From positions 1,798,001 through 1,862,000 of the forward strand of contig JAUFOQ010000006.1 of assembly GCA_040285855.1 (NCBI GenBank): 64,000 nucleotides of DNA. Reading direction: 5' to 3'. This stretch comes from Eukaryota sp. GEM-RC1. Taxonomy: Eukaryota. Shown here one piece after another: positions 1-13,302 of the stretch. Position 1 is the first letter of the stretch. Every line of letters begins with the position of its first letter. A model generated the notes under the pieces. That model was not told where the DNA came from. It saw only the letters and a program-made list of their open reading frames with translations, and did not search any database. A program made the position numbers and the translations under genes.

Positions 1-414
1 AGAAACTTGCTAAGTCTAATGCTCAAAACCCCTTGTTGATTGGTGAAAAATTTAAAATGCAAAAATATTGTGCTAAATTGAAATTATTGAATTCCGCTTC
101 ACACTCGAATTACTTGTTGTACCCTTTTGTATTTTCACTGTACGGTTCTTTAGGTGAATCTGCAACATCATTACTTGAAATCTTTGTGAAGATAGTAAAA
201 GAAAAAACATCTAGGACTTTTGATCTTAGATTTTGGAAAAATCGAATCGTGTTTGCTATCTTTAAAGGTATGGTTACTTCTGTATCTAGCGCTTTATTAT
301 CTCTTGGCAGACATTATGAGGATAAGGTAGGTGAGAATTTCCAGTTAGGCAATCTGGACTTTGAGGATATTGATTATTAGATGTATGTACACTGTAGTGT
401 TGTTGTCAATAAAA
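1..414 (+). mobile_element. 3' end of an RLE-type non-LTR retrotransposon (family A, copy 1); runs off the window start
   Basis: ORF 33-380 has the endonuclease C-terminal pattern KMQKY...YPFVFSLYGSLGESA...FWKNRIVFAIFK, shared with the other RLE fragments here. 3' UTR ends AATAAA at 408-413. Second copy at ~27695-27995. Confidence 0.75.
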
Positions 415-423
415 CACTATGAT

Positions 424-649
424 TGAAAAAAAAATACTGTATTTTTTGTATTTATTTAATAGTTGCAAAATACACGAACAAAATAATAATACAATACAGA
501 ATACAAAAATACAGAATACAAAAATACAATACAGATACAGAATACAAATACAATACAGAATACTGTATTAAGTGTGTATTTTTTTCTTATAATTGCAAGT
601 ATTAAACTAAGTGTATTGAGTCCAACGACTGCAAACGTGATTGATCTTC
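424..649. repeat. AATACA(G)-rich dispersed repeat, probably a DNA-transposon subterminal remnant
   Basis: Tandem and inverted aatacag/ctgtatt units. 611-649 is identical over 39 bp to 60650-60688. Related block at ~1335-1515. Confidence 0.65.
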
Positions 650-1334
650 AGTAGACCTCTTCAGTACGCATTCTTAGACTTCTTTTATATATCAACCCAG
701 TTGTTCTTTCGATTCTAAAATGCACCGAGGGTCCAAATGTTCATTTGGTCCACGGAAAGAACTGACGTGCAGTTATACAGTTATACAATGTGACGTTGGA
801 CACTTTTTGTCTCGTGCATTAGTTGTAAATCGTCTTAATATACCACTGGTAGGTAACAAAGTTTAAACTCGAAATCATAATCACCAAATACTACATGTAA
901 ATCTTCAAAACAGGATCAAACTGAGTGTCGTGCAGCTCGTCTCATCAGGGTTTTGAGTCTTCATCACAGACTGACAGTAGTGCAGCTAGATTGCACAACT
1001 TCACATGGTTTGGTATTTTTCAATTCTTTAGAATGACAACTATTAAGCGTTTCTAAATTTTTGTTACTTGACTTTGATCGGTTTTTCACTTGTTAGTCAT
1101 CTAGCATACGCCGTTGACGTACTGTAATGGAACGTTTACAAAAATCCCACAATTGTACTACTGTTTATGCAAGCTGTAAAAATGAAAACGAATTATTTAT
1201 TCTAAGTGTAATAGACAATAACACTACTGTAAAAATGAACATGGATCAATTGTACCAAACAATAGTATAATTGTTCAGCAAGATCCACTGTCGAGTGCTT
1301 CTCTCATTAATTCAGTCATTTTCATCAATTAAAG

Positions 1335-1515
1335 GGGCTTTCGGGCTGATAGCAAAAATACCAAAAATGCAAATACATAATACACTTTTCCACAAAAAAA
1401 TACAATACATAATACAGAAAAAATACAGAATACAAAAAAAATACTTTATTCTGTATTTTGCAACTACTGTATGTTTATTTTTACTGAATTAATACTGTAT
1501 TTTCTGTATTTCTAT
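1335..1515. repeat. AATACA(G)-rich dispersed repeat, second copy
   Basis: aaaaaaatacaatacataatac is shared with 60551-60572; same aatacag/ctgtatt units as 424-600. Confidence 0.55.
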
Positions 1516-2779
1516 GGATAGAATGGTACCAGAACAATCTTTGGATAAAGATGTACTGTTGTTTGTAGCATAATTTTATATCATACATCGTTCCTTCCCC
1601 GTGTGTTTTCATTAATGACGCCTAATGGCAACAGTACTGTTCTATTGTCTCTATTTCTACGTGGTGTCCCTACTTTTGAAACATACTAGACACCAATTGG
1701 TCTTATCTTGACCATGAAGAGTCAAAAAAACCGAAATGTCTTTCACGTTCAACATTGGGTAGGTCTCTAGGCCTGCAATTCAATTTAAAGTCAACTTTAG
1801 AAAACATGAAACACTATTGACTCAATTAACATGATCAAAGATCTCGTGTTGATGTAGTTCATCTGGAGAACGAAGATGTTTTTGATGATGACAATGATGA
1901 CACCATAGGCAACTATGTTATATTGGAAGATGAATTGGAATTGCAAGTGCAAGTGCAAATAGTTGTAATTGAAGAATATATTGTGTTGCCACAAACTCGT
2001 CTGATGATGAAAAATAACCCAATCCTCTTGATGTTTTTGGGGAATAAACAGCCTGTGGAATTGTTGAAAAGTGTGTTGGAAATGCCTTCTATTCTACAAA
2101 GATTTGAGATCAATTGAAATCTTCGTAAGTTAGTACATTCACATACTCTACTACCTCTCAAAGTCGAAGAACACAAGAACCAACTTAGTCTGTGAATTAG
2201 ACCAGTTCAAATATTGCAATAACTTCAGTCTTGCAATAAATATATTGTACTACATGTACATGTAGTTGAACAGACACAATACTAGTATGTATTGCAATAT
2301 ATTACACTACAATATAATTTTCGGCATCCCTGGTCATTATGTCAAGTATAAAATTAATACAGTCAAGTTACTGTAATTTCACCTGAAGAACAAAGTCAAA
2401 TTTCATAGGAAATTAAAGAATCTAGATCCGTACTCGTAGTATCTGGAGATGTATCACTCTCTCAAGTCAGAGAGGAGGGTGATACAACGGATACAACTTG
2501 GTTGCTTGGAAGATGAATCATGTCATCATAGGTGTAAGCGAGATGCTCATGTCTTTTCTTCACTCTTTCATGTCCAAATAGGGTCAGAATGAAGTTACTC
2601 CACCAGAACTTCCATCTGGATGATTTCTTGAATTCCATTCAAAATAAAATATTTACCACCCAGATTCTACTAGTAGTCATGCCCACGATAAGGATATTTG
2701 AATGACCCATACTTTGTTGTATGACCAAATGTTACAAATCGACGCTCTTGGTGCAACAGCATTGGTAGAATCGTTACAT

Positions 2780-3171
2780 TGATGGAAGATTTTATAGCCA
2801 ATCATGATGCAATTCATACAAATGTAGAATCTGAATAAACAGCGAGACTAAACTCAGTGGACATTATTGGAGGATATTCAACTAAATCTTTTTCAAAGAA
2901 TGGACCTACATCATCTCCAAAAGCTTTTCTATTCGTACTACAAAGAAGAGGAACTTGTGTGAGAGAAAGATACGATATCAAAAAGGACAAGAACGTTGGG
3001 CATTGTATAGTTCTAAAGACAATGGCCCGTGTTTCAGTGGAGATTTAAAAATTTCTAACAATTGTGACCAGAATCCTTCCCTTTTTAAAAAATGGGTCGT
3101 ACGAATCTCGAGAACTATTGGGTAGTGAAAACTTCTTAGTATCTGAATATGAAGTATTTATATGCGACTAA
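2780..3171 (+). pseudogene. Degraded TLDc-domain fragment; start approximate
   Basis: Across frames: IIGGYSTKSF...AFLFVL...GPCFSGDLKISNNC...GSENFLVSEYEVFICD*, the typical TLDc C-terminal half. Frameshifted, with no intact N-terminus. Confidence 0.6.
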
Positions 3172-3402
3172 AATGAGAAACATATTATTTACATTAGAAT
3201 TTCCGCCACAATTTCTGCTTCTTTTAGGAAAAATCTGTTTTGACTTGGAGCTCTAAAAAACGATAGCAATCGGTCTGTTGATTGCTTCTTTCTTTGTTTT
3301 GATAAGGGATCAATGCTGAGTAAATTGTAAAGCTCTAATTTACGTTCAGGAGACCAATTGGAAATAACTGAAGATAATATTTTCTTTTCCTTTTTAATAT
3401 TT

Positions 3403-5881
3403 TTAAATTCTTCTTTTTGTTTTCACTATATTATTTCCTCTCTTTTCTGGTGAAGACGCGTTATTTGATGACCACCACAGCAAAGACTTCAATAAATCCC
3501 CATTACCAACCGTCAATGCCATCTTATAGAGCTCGTATCGCCATAGTGATAAATGAAACAGAGGTTGATCAACGTAATTAGAAGCAAACAAAAGAAATTG
3601 GGTTCTGTTGATTAAAGGAGTATGAGCAAATGACCATAAGTTCAAGACATCAAACGCAGTTCTACATGAATGATCTTTGAGTAAAACATTAAATGAGTTT
3701 TGAGTGATTCTCCTTCGAATTACCGATTGAATTTTGATTGATGACGTTCGCAAAAGATTATAACGTGATCTGCACTGATACATTCGAAAGTTCTTTTGAA
3801 TAGTGAGAGTGCTTTGACAGAGGTTTTTATAATACTTCCTACACTTCAACATTCGGAAGTTAGTCTGTAGAGATATACAAGCACGACGTTGGTCCAAGAA
3901 GTGAGACCTGACGGGAAGCATTCGGAATATAGATTGAAGATATATAGTAGTCTCACGAAGACGAATCATTCGAATTTTTAAAACCTTGCAGCATAGAATA
4001 TGTTGGATTGGTACAATGACTTCGACAGTTTTGGACCGATTCAAATTTTCTAAATTTTCAACAATGAAATCCAAAGTTTGGTTTTTCGACCAAGACAACA
4101 ACGGCACGCCATTTTCTTTAGTAGAAGACACCATCACAGTGACAGTCAATCGAGGTATAAAATTCATTGTCGTTGCAATCTGTACATCAAAATAATTCAA
4201 CAAAGAAGGAACACATCGAGGTTCTCCAATTGATTGCCGTAATGACGTCATTGATGGATGGAAACTGTAATCGGAAGAAGGTAGGAAATACACCTTATGA
4301 ATATACAATGAAGTGTCTGATAAAAAAGGTGTTGGTTTCTTTGAAATTGTCCAGTTTGACCGGTTGATTTTAGCTAGTATTTGGTCTTCAAAGAAAAGAA
4401 CTTCAAAATCGTCAGGACCTGGGTTAAGTCTTGTTTGTAGAAAATGAGTGAATCCTGCAGAATCAAGGACATTTTTGATCCAGTCATGAGAATTCTCTGG
4501 AAAATTGGTACAGAACTGTTCAGCGTGGAATAGCTGACGTGAGCTGATTAATTTTTGACCCTTTTTGGAATAATTAAATAACGGTGATAATGTTGAAATA
4601 AAGTGACGAAAACGCGGAGAAAAGCCAGCCTTATTTTAGTGATGTTGAACCTAGACAGCTCACGGCGACACTCAAATAAATTAGACCAATCAATCAATTC
4701 TGATTGGAAATCGCCAACTGCTACATTATCAAAGAGATCAAAATCAATACAATCAAACTGATTGATTGGGCGCCTTGAAACTGATGGCGGTAAAACGGAA
4801 TTACGATCATTATACAAATCAAATTTTGGCATATTTCTAAAATTATGTCTTTTTGACCAGTAAACTGAATCACAATCGCAAGACTTCAACATCCTTACCA
4901 ATTTCGAATAAATCTTATCTGGAATCACATACGTTCTATTCCTAATCGTCATATCGACCACTTCCAAATCTTTTCCTTTCTTCTCCTTAAGTATGTCTGA
5001 TTCAATCATCACTACCAGAGCTCCAGTCTTAACACACTCAGGATCAGGTTCAAAAACAGTTCCAAATAAGTAAGGGATAGGGTTGTGGAGGGTCATGACT
5101 GAGGTTAACGGAAGAACTTCACAAATGGAGTGGAGGAAGTCAAAGGGATAGTAGATGGAAAGAAAGAACTCAATAAAGGTGGATAAAAGTGAAGGGTTTT
5201 TGGAAACAAAGATCACTGATTGCTCAGCTGATAGAGCAGTGAAGATCTCAATGACGTGTGGTAGAGATACTCTTTCAAAAACACACCGCCCATTAACATC
5301 CATTAAAGGCAGCTCATTGACTCCAGGAGAAACAAGAGCAATAGAAGTAGAAAGAAGATCAAAGTGAATAGCTGTTCCAGAAGGAGGAATGTGGATTGAG
5401 GAGAGATAGCAGATGGCTTCTGCAAGAAGTTGTGGATTTGTTCCACTCCGATAAGCAGAATGGATGGCTACTAGAGCATGACGGAGAGCACCGTAGTGTT
5501 TGTGTTTGGCTATTAAGATCATTGCTGTTGATGAAACGGTACCGGGAGGAAGAGATGAAGGCAATCTTTCCATTGGAGCTGATTCGTAGAATTGTAGTAT
5601 AGCAGCGAATTTGCGCGATCCAGTAACATTGGTAAGAGTAAGTGTGAAAAATGAAGGGATTGGGGTAACTTTACCAGTTAGGATTTCAACTCCGAGAGGG
5701 AGAAGTGATGGGGATATATGTGGAGGTAATGCTTCTGTCTGTGGGTGTGAAAAGAAGAGATCAGAGATGGAGTGTAAATAGATCTGGAAGAATAAGAAGT
5801 TGGTACATATTCAAGTTTCTGAACAGTAGATGATTGAGACAGTCCAACATGACAAAAATGTTCCACAAATCGTATGGACAT
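3403..5881 (-). CDS. DENN-domain Rab GEF-like protein with C-terminal IQ motifs (two apparent frameshifts)
   Basis: Joining ORFs 5678-5881, 4548-5573 and 3403-4308 with -1 shifts at ~5750 and ~4562 gives uDENN (FVEHFCHVG...FFTLTLTNVTGSRKF), cDENN (EQSVIFVS...YYPF...PIPYLFG), dDENN (IRLAFLRVFVTLFQHYHRYL) and IQ repeats (LQSIFRM, LQTNFRM, IQKNFRM, IQSVIRR). Confidence 0.8.
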
Positions 5882-5996
5882 AACTTAGTAGACAATATAG
5901 ACAAGATTGTGTCTGAAGTTGTTTTTGGTGGAAAAATCCAGATTTCTTCACACCACCATCCCCTTGAACATTATTTGACCTTCCTGTACTATATCT

Positions 5997-7418
5997 ATGT
6001 CCCTGAACAGTGAAGAAATCAATATACTTATATACCGTTATCTTCAAGAAGCTGGTTTGTCCGCTTTTCTCATTCCTTATAGCAGGCCTCCACCACACTG
6101 CATTTACACTTTCACAAGAAGGGCTTCTCTGGAGAAGTCCTTTCCGTAATGCTGAAGTTACTCCTGGTAGTCTAATTGCGTATTTGCAAAAGGCCTCATG
6201 TATGAAGAAATTGAGACCCATCTCAATAGTGATGGTACAGAAAAGCGTTGTGACCAACCATTCTCCTTGGTTAAATCCCATGTCTGTAGGGAAGTCTCAG
6301 ACTTTGATACCAAACAAACAAGTACCTGTACTCACATAGAACCTGACAAGGTTGGTTTTCTTGTTGGTCATGAGATGACTGTGTTGTCTGCCAAGTGGTG
6401 CCCTTCCGCCAAACGTCCTTACATACTGTCGTGTTCCTCTGACGGTACCGCCAGACTGTGGCCCATAGATGTCCGTCAGGATATTCTACAATGTGCTAAA
6501 GAAGGAAGTGAAAAGATGGTCATTTGCAAGCATAACATGGATGAACAAGTCAGAGATGTCACTTGTATTTCTTGGTCTTCGTCAGGCCTGATCTTCGCTT
6601 CTGCCTGCAGTGGGGGAATCATTAGACTTCTAGACATAAGCTCTGATATCCCCAAGTACAAGCACGAACTCAAAGGTCATCAGAACGCAATCATGAGTAT
6701 TTCCTTCAACAAGAAAGGTGACCTATTGGCTTCTGCTTCTAGTGATCAAAGCGTGATTGTCTGGGATACTGCTAACGGTCAAATTCAGCAAATCTTCGCT
6801 TTCCACTGTAAACCTGTTCTTGACGTTCAATGGAGGACCAACGAGTCTTTTGCTTCTGCTTCCATGGATGGAACGATAGCCTTTTGTAAGTTGGGGGAAG
6901 AACAACCTAAGCAAATCTTTAGGCACAATGGTGATATTAACCAGATAGTTTGGGATAGTGCCGGAGTTCATTTAGCTTCTGCTTCTGATGACTACTCTGC
7001 TAAGATTTGGACAGTCCTCTCTGATCACCCTCTGCATAGTCTAACGCATCCTATGAACGTTTTTGCTGTGCAGTGGAGACCTGAGCCGAAAGGACAACCT
7101 GGAAGAATACTTGCGACTCTGGCTGAAGATATGACGTTGAGGATTTGGGATGCTGAGAGAGGAAAGTGTTTGCACTTGTTCAAGTTCAATGATTCGATAT
7201 ATAACATGTCTTTTTCTCCTGATGGAGTGTATGTAGCGGTGGGAAGTTCAGATACTCTGTTTATTTACGAAACATTGAGTGGGGATTTGAATAGGAAGTT
7301 TCACGTGGGAACTGATATCGGGGAGATTAATTGGTCACCTGATTGGACCGGAAAGCAGATTGTGACGTTTTGTTTACCTCAGCAACTTCAGATTGCGATT
7401 GCTGAGCCTTTTTCGTAG
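5997..7418 (+). CDS. TBL1: TBL1/Ebi/Sif2-like LisH + WD40 protein (one intron, one apparent frameshift)
   Basis: ATG 5997 gives MSLNSEEINILIYRYLQEAG|LHHTAF (LisH) after removing intron 6055-6085. A -1 shift at 6188-6191 restores PGSLIAYLQKGLMYEEIE. WD40 repeats follow in ORF 6198-7418. Confidence 0.88.
6055..6085 (+). other. 31-nt spliceosomal intron (GTTTGT...TAGCAG); a 28-nt NAGNAG acceptor is also in frame
   Basis: Removal restores the conserved LisH motif YRYLQEAG-LHHTAF in frame. Confidence 0.8.
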
Positions 7419-7604
7419 TTTATTTATTTCTTTTTGAAGCCAATGTACAAGAGTTTTTGAATCTTCATGATATTTATAACTAAAAAATACAATATATATA
7501 AATAATCAAATACCCCGATAAAGCACGAAGATTCCATCAAAAAGATAGCAAAAGTATGTACATACAAACCAATAAATTAAAATTAGACAAGTTGTTTTAA
7601 ACAT

Positions 7605-10155
7605 TCACCGCCACACCTTAAACTTGTCACGCTCTTGACTACATCTTGAATGAACAACATAACCAGAAAAATACACAATCAACGACGTCTCCGAATCACA
7701 GTTGAGCATAGATTCACCACATACACTACATCTAGCTAGACTAGAAACCCCAACACCAAGTTTAGCGTTCTCAACCAAAACTTTGGTTAATTGAACGGAA
7801 TCCATTGAAACCAAATGAGAACAACCTCTAGCTAATGAAACTTGAGTTTTGTAGTCATTGAAAATTTGAGACAGTAGCGTTGGTAATCCTGGTATGAGCA
7901 AATCGTCAGGTATTTTTTGAATAAGTCTTGAAGGATTGATATGCACTCCACTGAACAATAACAAATCACGAACAAGCGATTGGTCGACAAAATCACTTTC
8001 CAAAACGAGATCAATCAAATGCTCCCATAAATCATCTTCTGCCTGATCCAAAATAAACTGAATCGCGTATTTCACATCTTTTAAATTATTAATAATCAAC
8101 GACAATGCTCTTTTGAAGATCCCATCCTTCCTAGTACAAATACTAGCTCCCTGTGTAACTCGTATTCCTCGCAGACCTCTAAAGCTTTGTTAAGCGGGTA
8201 GAACGACGATTGTTTTAAAAAGGGAAGTAAATGGGAGGAATCGAATTTTGCATAGAGCTCCAATTGCATTGAGTGGAAGTCTTTTGCTATCGAGACACCT
8301 CCATCAGATTTAAATAGACCATGAAGGTAGCAAAACAACGCATACTCATTGACTTCTAACCTATTGATTACTTCAGCAACAGTAATGTTCTTACATTTAG
8401 TTGCTTTAACCAAGAGTTCAATGATACTGACCTTATCAATCAAAAAGAGCTCATTTAAGTGAGTAATGACGTGTTCATTCATCGACGTGATTGCATGATG
8501 CTTCTTTACAAGGTCTATCACCATTGGATCTTGCAAGTGAATCAGCAGGACTACTGCCTTGTTGATATTTCCTTCCCGGAGATAAATTCGAGCCAAAAGC
8601 TTCTTTAAACCATTAATTACAGTAACATCCGCGCAATTCTTAACTCGCCTACTAACATTACTTTTGATTGATGACACTGCAAAGAGATCATTAGTCCACG
8701 TGTCCAAAAGATCAGCTGCCGCATTAATATAATCAACATGTTGAGCTGAAACACTAGAATCTACCAAGGATATAATACATTTTTCAAATAATTCAGCAGG
8801 TAGCCTTACTCCCTCAACGTTCCAGGGAAGACTCTTTGAAATGATCTCAACTGCTTCTCCACCAGTTGAACAGCACCTTTCAACCAACATACTCCACGCA
8901 GTCACAAAGTCCTCAGACTTCACTTGACCATCAGGAAGACCTCTCAAGACTTCTACAGCTCCTTGCCAGTCTCTTTTCCAGCCTTACTTAGTGCAAATAG
9001 ACCAGCAATGTAACATGGAGAGAGTGTACGTAGCATTGAGGAATGCTCCAGAGCTAAAGGAAGAGCATCTTCGAAGTTTCCATGATCAGCGAGCCATCTA
9101 ACGTGATCATCGATATCACGTGGACGACCAATAATGATATCTTTAGGTGAAACAACAAAGCAACTCTGATCGGCAAAAGATTCCTCAATTTCAAGTGAAG
9201 ATATTAAGTTGTAATCATTAGGTACGTAATGTTCATAACCAACCACTTCCAGTGCATCGTTGGCAAACTCCTGGTTACTGTCAAGAGAGGAAATGATAAG
9301 TTCCGGAGGTTCTCCTTGTTCAAAGAAGGCAAGGAGAGACAAAAGATTGGAATCGTCAGGATCTGAATAAGGAAGGACACCGCAAATGAAGAAGTCATAT
9401 ACAATGTGAGAATGTTGAGATACAGTTCGCACTCCTTCAAAAGTATGTCCAATAGAGACATCGAACACTTGCAAACATCGTCCCCAGGATACAACGAGTC
9501 TATTGTCAATCCAACAGAGACACGAGGGGCAAGCATCAGGAGGAGGGCCTTGGGGTCTATCTGAGTGGAAGATGCGTTGATTTGAGGAGAGATCGTGGAT
9601 TTTAAGTCCAACGTCGTTAGTCCAAGCAACAAAGTCGTTGTTCCAAGAGATTGAATGGATTGTACCTTGTCCAGAGTGTAGTACTGTGTCTTTTGAACGA
9701 AAGAAACCTCTTGAGTTGAAGATTAGTTGACCTGCAAGTCCTCCTACAAAGAAATTCCTGTTTGTTCCACTTCCAAAGGATGGATCTAGAGCAAGGGATT
9801 TCAGTGCACCACGGTAGGAAAAAGTAAGAGATTCTGAAGAATGTACTGAGCGTATGTGGACTTTACCATCATCACCACAGGAACCAACGAAATCTCCTGA
9901 AGAAGAAACAACAACAGCATTGACTGCACCTTGATGTTGAATGAATGGCGGTGGTAGTTCATCAGGAGAGATGGAAGTTTGTCCACTGGGATCAATAGCA
10001 TTCCCAACAATGTCAGTAATATACACTGCACCGCTTCGAGTTCCTAAAGCCAGGAATTTGTCATGAGTTCCAAGACTAGTAGCAGCGTCTTCTTCAAAGA
10101 CAAGACTTATGGATTCACCCAACCTTTGGTATTTTAGTTTGGGTTCAGGATCCAT
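7605..10155 (-). CDS. VPS41: Vacuolar protein sorting 41 (HOPS subunit); two apparent frameshifts
   Basis: N-terminal EPKLKYQRL, WD40-like region, RPRDIDDHVRWL, clathrin-repeat region (LLPFLKQSSFYPLNKALEVC...LGRMG) and a C-terminal RING-like motif. The three ORFs join by -1 shifts at 8974-8977 and 8111-8114. Confidence 0.92.
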
Positions 10156-10557
10156 ATAAAAGAGAAGAGATTACAGTAGAAGATGATCTGTTAGTGGTTC
10201 AAGCTAATGTCAAATTTCTGAATTGCCTCAATCAAACTTCTTTGTAATACTCATTCTAGTCGTTGTTGTTTTCCATGTACAAGTTGAACAACTTTAAATT
10301 ATATAGCTGAGATGTTTTTGTTAATTAATGCGCTTTACTTGGTTCATTGTTTTGTCTTGATAACAAGTTAGAAATTAGTCATTTCTGAATGAAAATGTAA
10401 TAACAAACAGAACACATTGATACAGTACAACTTTACAATTTGAAAATACAGAAAAACGGATCCCGAAAAACAAGGCAAGAATAACAAGGCACACGAGTGT
10501 ATTTGAAAAAAATTAATGTTAGACTGTACATTAACAAACACATTTATAAGTCATAAA

Positions 10558-12641
10558 TTAAATTGACAACTTACTTTTAAATTCCTCCATCAACTCTCTC
10601 AATTTCTGTGTAAATCCTTCAGTAGGCTTAGTGACAACAGACGAACCATCAATGGCGTTTTGAAAACCAGAAAGAATTTCACCAGAATTCTTCGATGCAA
10701 AGTCACACACAAACCTACCAATCATCGCCAAATCACCATCAATCAAATTATTTAAATATTTCGCACAATTTAAAACCGTATACTGATTGTAAAGCTCAGT
10801 ACGATTACCTTTATCGTCACTCCAAGGATTCTCGACCCCCAAAATCAATCCTTGAATAGAGGTCAAAACACGTAATATGGACCCATCTGATCCTGACCAG
10901 GAATCAATTGAATCTTCCCCTTTCCAGGTGTTGATTAACGACATGCAAACGTGACCATTCTCAAAAAGATGAGGGTTTAAATGTAGACCGAAAGAAATGA
11001 ATTTTAAAATTGGCGGGGATTGTGGATAGTTACCAGGTAGAAACAGATCAAAAACAAAAGGAATTGAGTGGTAACACGTGGATTTTGGTCCAATAATGAC
11101 AGTTCTGAAGAAGCAAAGGTTTTGACTTGATTGGAAAACTGAAATTCCTTCTGGGAGATCTGCAAGTTGTCTAATTTCAGAGTTAATCCTTCGAACTAGA
11201 GCAATGTCTACTTTTTGATCTTTAATCCAGGGAATATAGTCCATGTCATTAGTAAATTCTGGAGGTAAAAGATCATCAGATACTGCAAAATTAGATGTTT
11301 TCCTTGTAGGAACATTGATTGATTGACTGGCATCACCAGCATCAGAAAGGGTAAAATCAATTTGATTGGCTTGATCTGATTTAGTACCCTCAGATGATGA
11401 GCAATCACTATCTGATTCCGACTCCTCATCAGATTCAAACTCGTCATCAATGTCAATCACTGAAAGCTTTAATGGATCTACATGGAACTCTTTAGAATCA
11501 ACACCCACTACTATTGCTTTAAAATCCGAGTCAAATCCAGAGAAAACTCCAAATAATTGTTCGTCTTGATTAAATGAAATAATAGCAGAAGGTAATAGCT
11601 CAGTATTAAAACAAGTTAAATCAAACAACTCTTTCTCTACTTCTGTTTTATCAGGATTCAAGCACTTAACAATACCACTTTTGGAATCAACAGATTTAAC
11701 CAGGAATAGTTCAGCATCACTAGATCTTACCAAAGTATTTGGATAAATATAATCAAAATCACAAGGATCTTCGATACTCTTTAATTCAGTACCTTTAATC
11801 CACTGTTGTGACCCATCTTGAAACTGACAGAGAACTTTAGAATGAGTATTGGTAACCATAACACCAGAAAGAGAAGTTGGAGAATCAGACCAATGGAGAG
11901 AATCACCAATAGAGATTGGTCCTGGTCCTGAAGAGTAGAATGAAGAGAGAGACGGGAAAAAAGAAATACGGGATGTTTCTGTATTGTACAGAACTGGAAG
12001 AGAATCATCTTCAGGAAATATTATTCGAATATCAACTTCATTACATTTGAGTGCTGAGATGACGTATTGCTGACGTGAATCACTGGCATCATTTTCTAAA
12101 TGAACAGGAAGTCCCAACACAGGATCCAGAGGGCTTTGATGTGCATCCACCTCGCAAATGTCATCAATTTCGAGGTCTTCGATGACGTTATCAGAGTTGG
12201 CTTCTTGGACAGTAACTGTGCAAGAAACGTCCTCAATAGACCCAACAGTATTGCCGTCTAGAAGAACGGGGTATTGAAGGCTGAAGAAGGGAAGGCTTAG
12301 TGAAGAACACGAAACGTTGTGGTAAATCTTTTGAGATTGGAAATGATATACAGAGCATGTGATATCATTCTTGAGCACTAGTCCTGGAAGATCATTGTAG
12401 ATTGCTAAATCTCCTGCAGAGAATTGTCTGTCCATAGTTTTAAGCTCACTAAGAGGAACAATTTCAATAGAAAACAAGATGGTTTTGTTAATGAAGGAGA
12501 AGAACTCACATCGACATTCACTTGCATCCGTAATATATCCTACAAAGACGGGGAATTGACGTCCTGATAGTCGTCAAACTTGGCGAGTATTGTACCTAAA
12601 CGGGAGGTTGGTTTGTGAAGAACAACATCGTCTGTGTACAT
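10558..12641 (-). CDS. UBE2O/UBC23-24-like large E2 ubiquitin-conjugating enzyme (one apparent frameshift near the 5' end)
   Basis: C-terminal UBC domain (IIGPKSTCY...FVFDLFLPGNYPQSPP...LNPHLFENGHVCMSLINTW...ILRVLTSIQGLIL). ATG 12641 and the shift at ~12545 are inferred from the duplicate at 28684. Confidence 0.85.
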
Positions 12642-13019
12642 GGGGTGTAACTGCCTTTTTGATGTGACAAGAATGATTTGATTATAGGGGTTGTAATATT
12701 TTCAGAAAATGACAAAATGCAAAAGTCCTCCAAATCCTTTTGTCCTAACGACGTTTAGATATTTTACATGACTTAAAGATCAATTGAAGGATAAAACTGG
12801 CGTAATTCCGCTACTAAATCTAATCCCAGCTGTATCATTATATTAGGAACTTACTGCTAGTAAAGAGTTGGAGATGATATGGGGATTTGTTTCAAAAACA
12901 GCACAATCTACATTTTTGAACAATTTTTTATTTGAGGTTGAGAAAGGTAGAAAAATTGTAGGAGAGTATACCCTTTGGATTGAGTGAAGACGAATATTTT
13001 TCACCTGAGACAAAATGTA

Positions 13020-13092
13020 CTCCCGCGTAGGGACTCGAACCCTAAATCGTTCGATTAAAAGTCGAACGCGCTACCAGTTACGCCACGCGGGA
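13020..13092 (-). tRNA. tRNA-Lys (anticodon UUU), intronless, CCA not encoded
   Basis: Reverse complement folds as a cloverleaf: acceptor TCCCGCG/CGCGGGA, anticodon arm TTCGA-CTTTTAA-TCGAA, T arm TAGGG-TTCGAGT-CCCTA, discriminator G. Confidence 0.95.
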
Positions 13093-13302
13093 ATATGAAT
13101 GTTTAGTGTAGCAGGATCTACATAGTCACGATCCATTATATTATCCATTCTTTTAATTAATTAAACCAGATCACCTACTCCGGCTTTCAAAAGAACAGTT
13201 AGTTTATCTGTATAATTCAGAATGTATTCAGGTTCAAAACAACAAACGCCATCCTGCTTAAATGCTAATCCATCCCACCAAGTCCAGCCCCTGAATCTTC
13301 AC

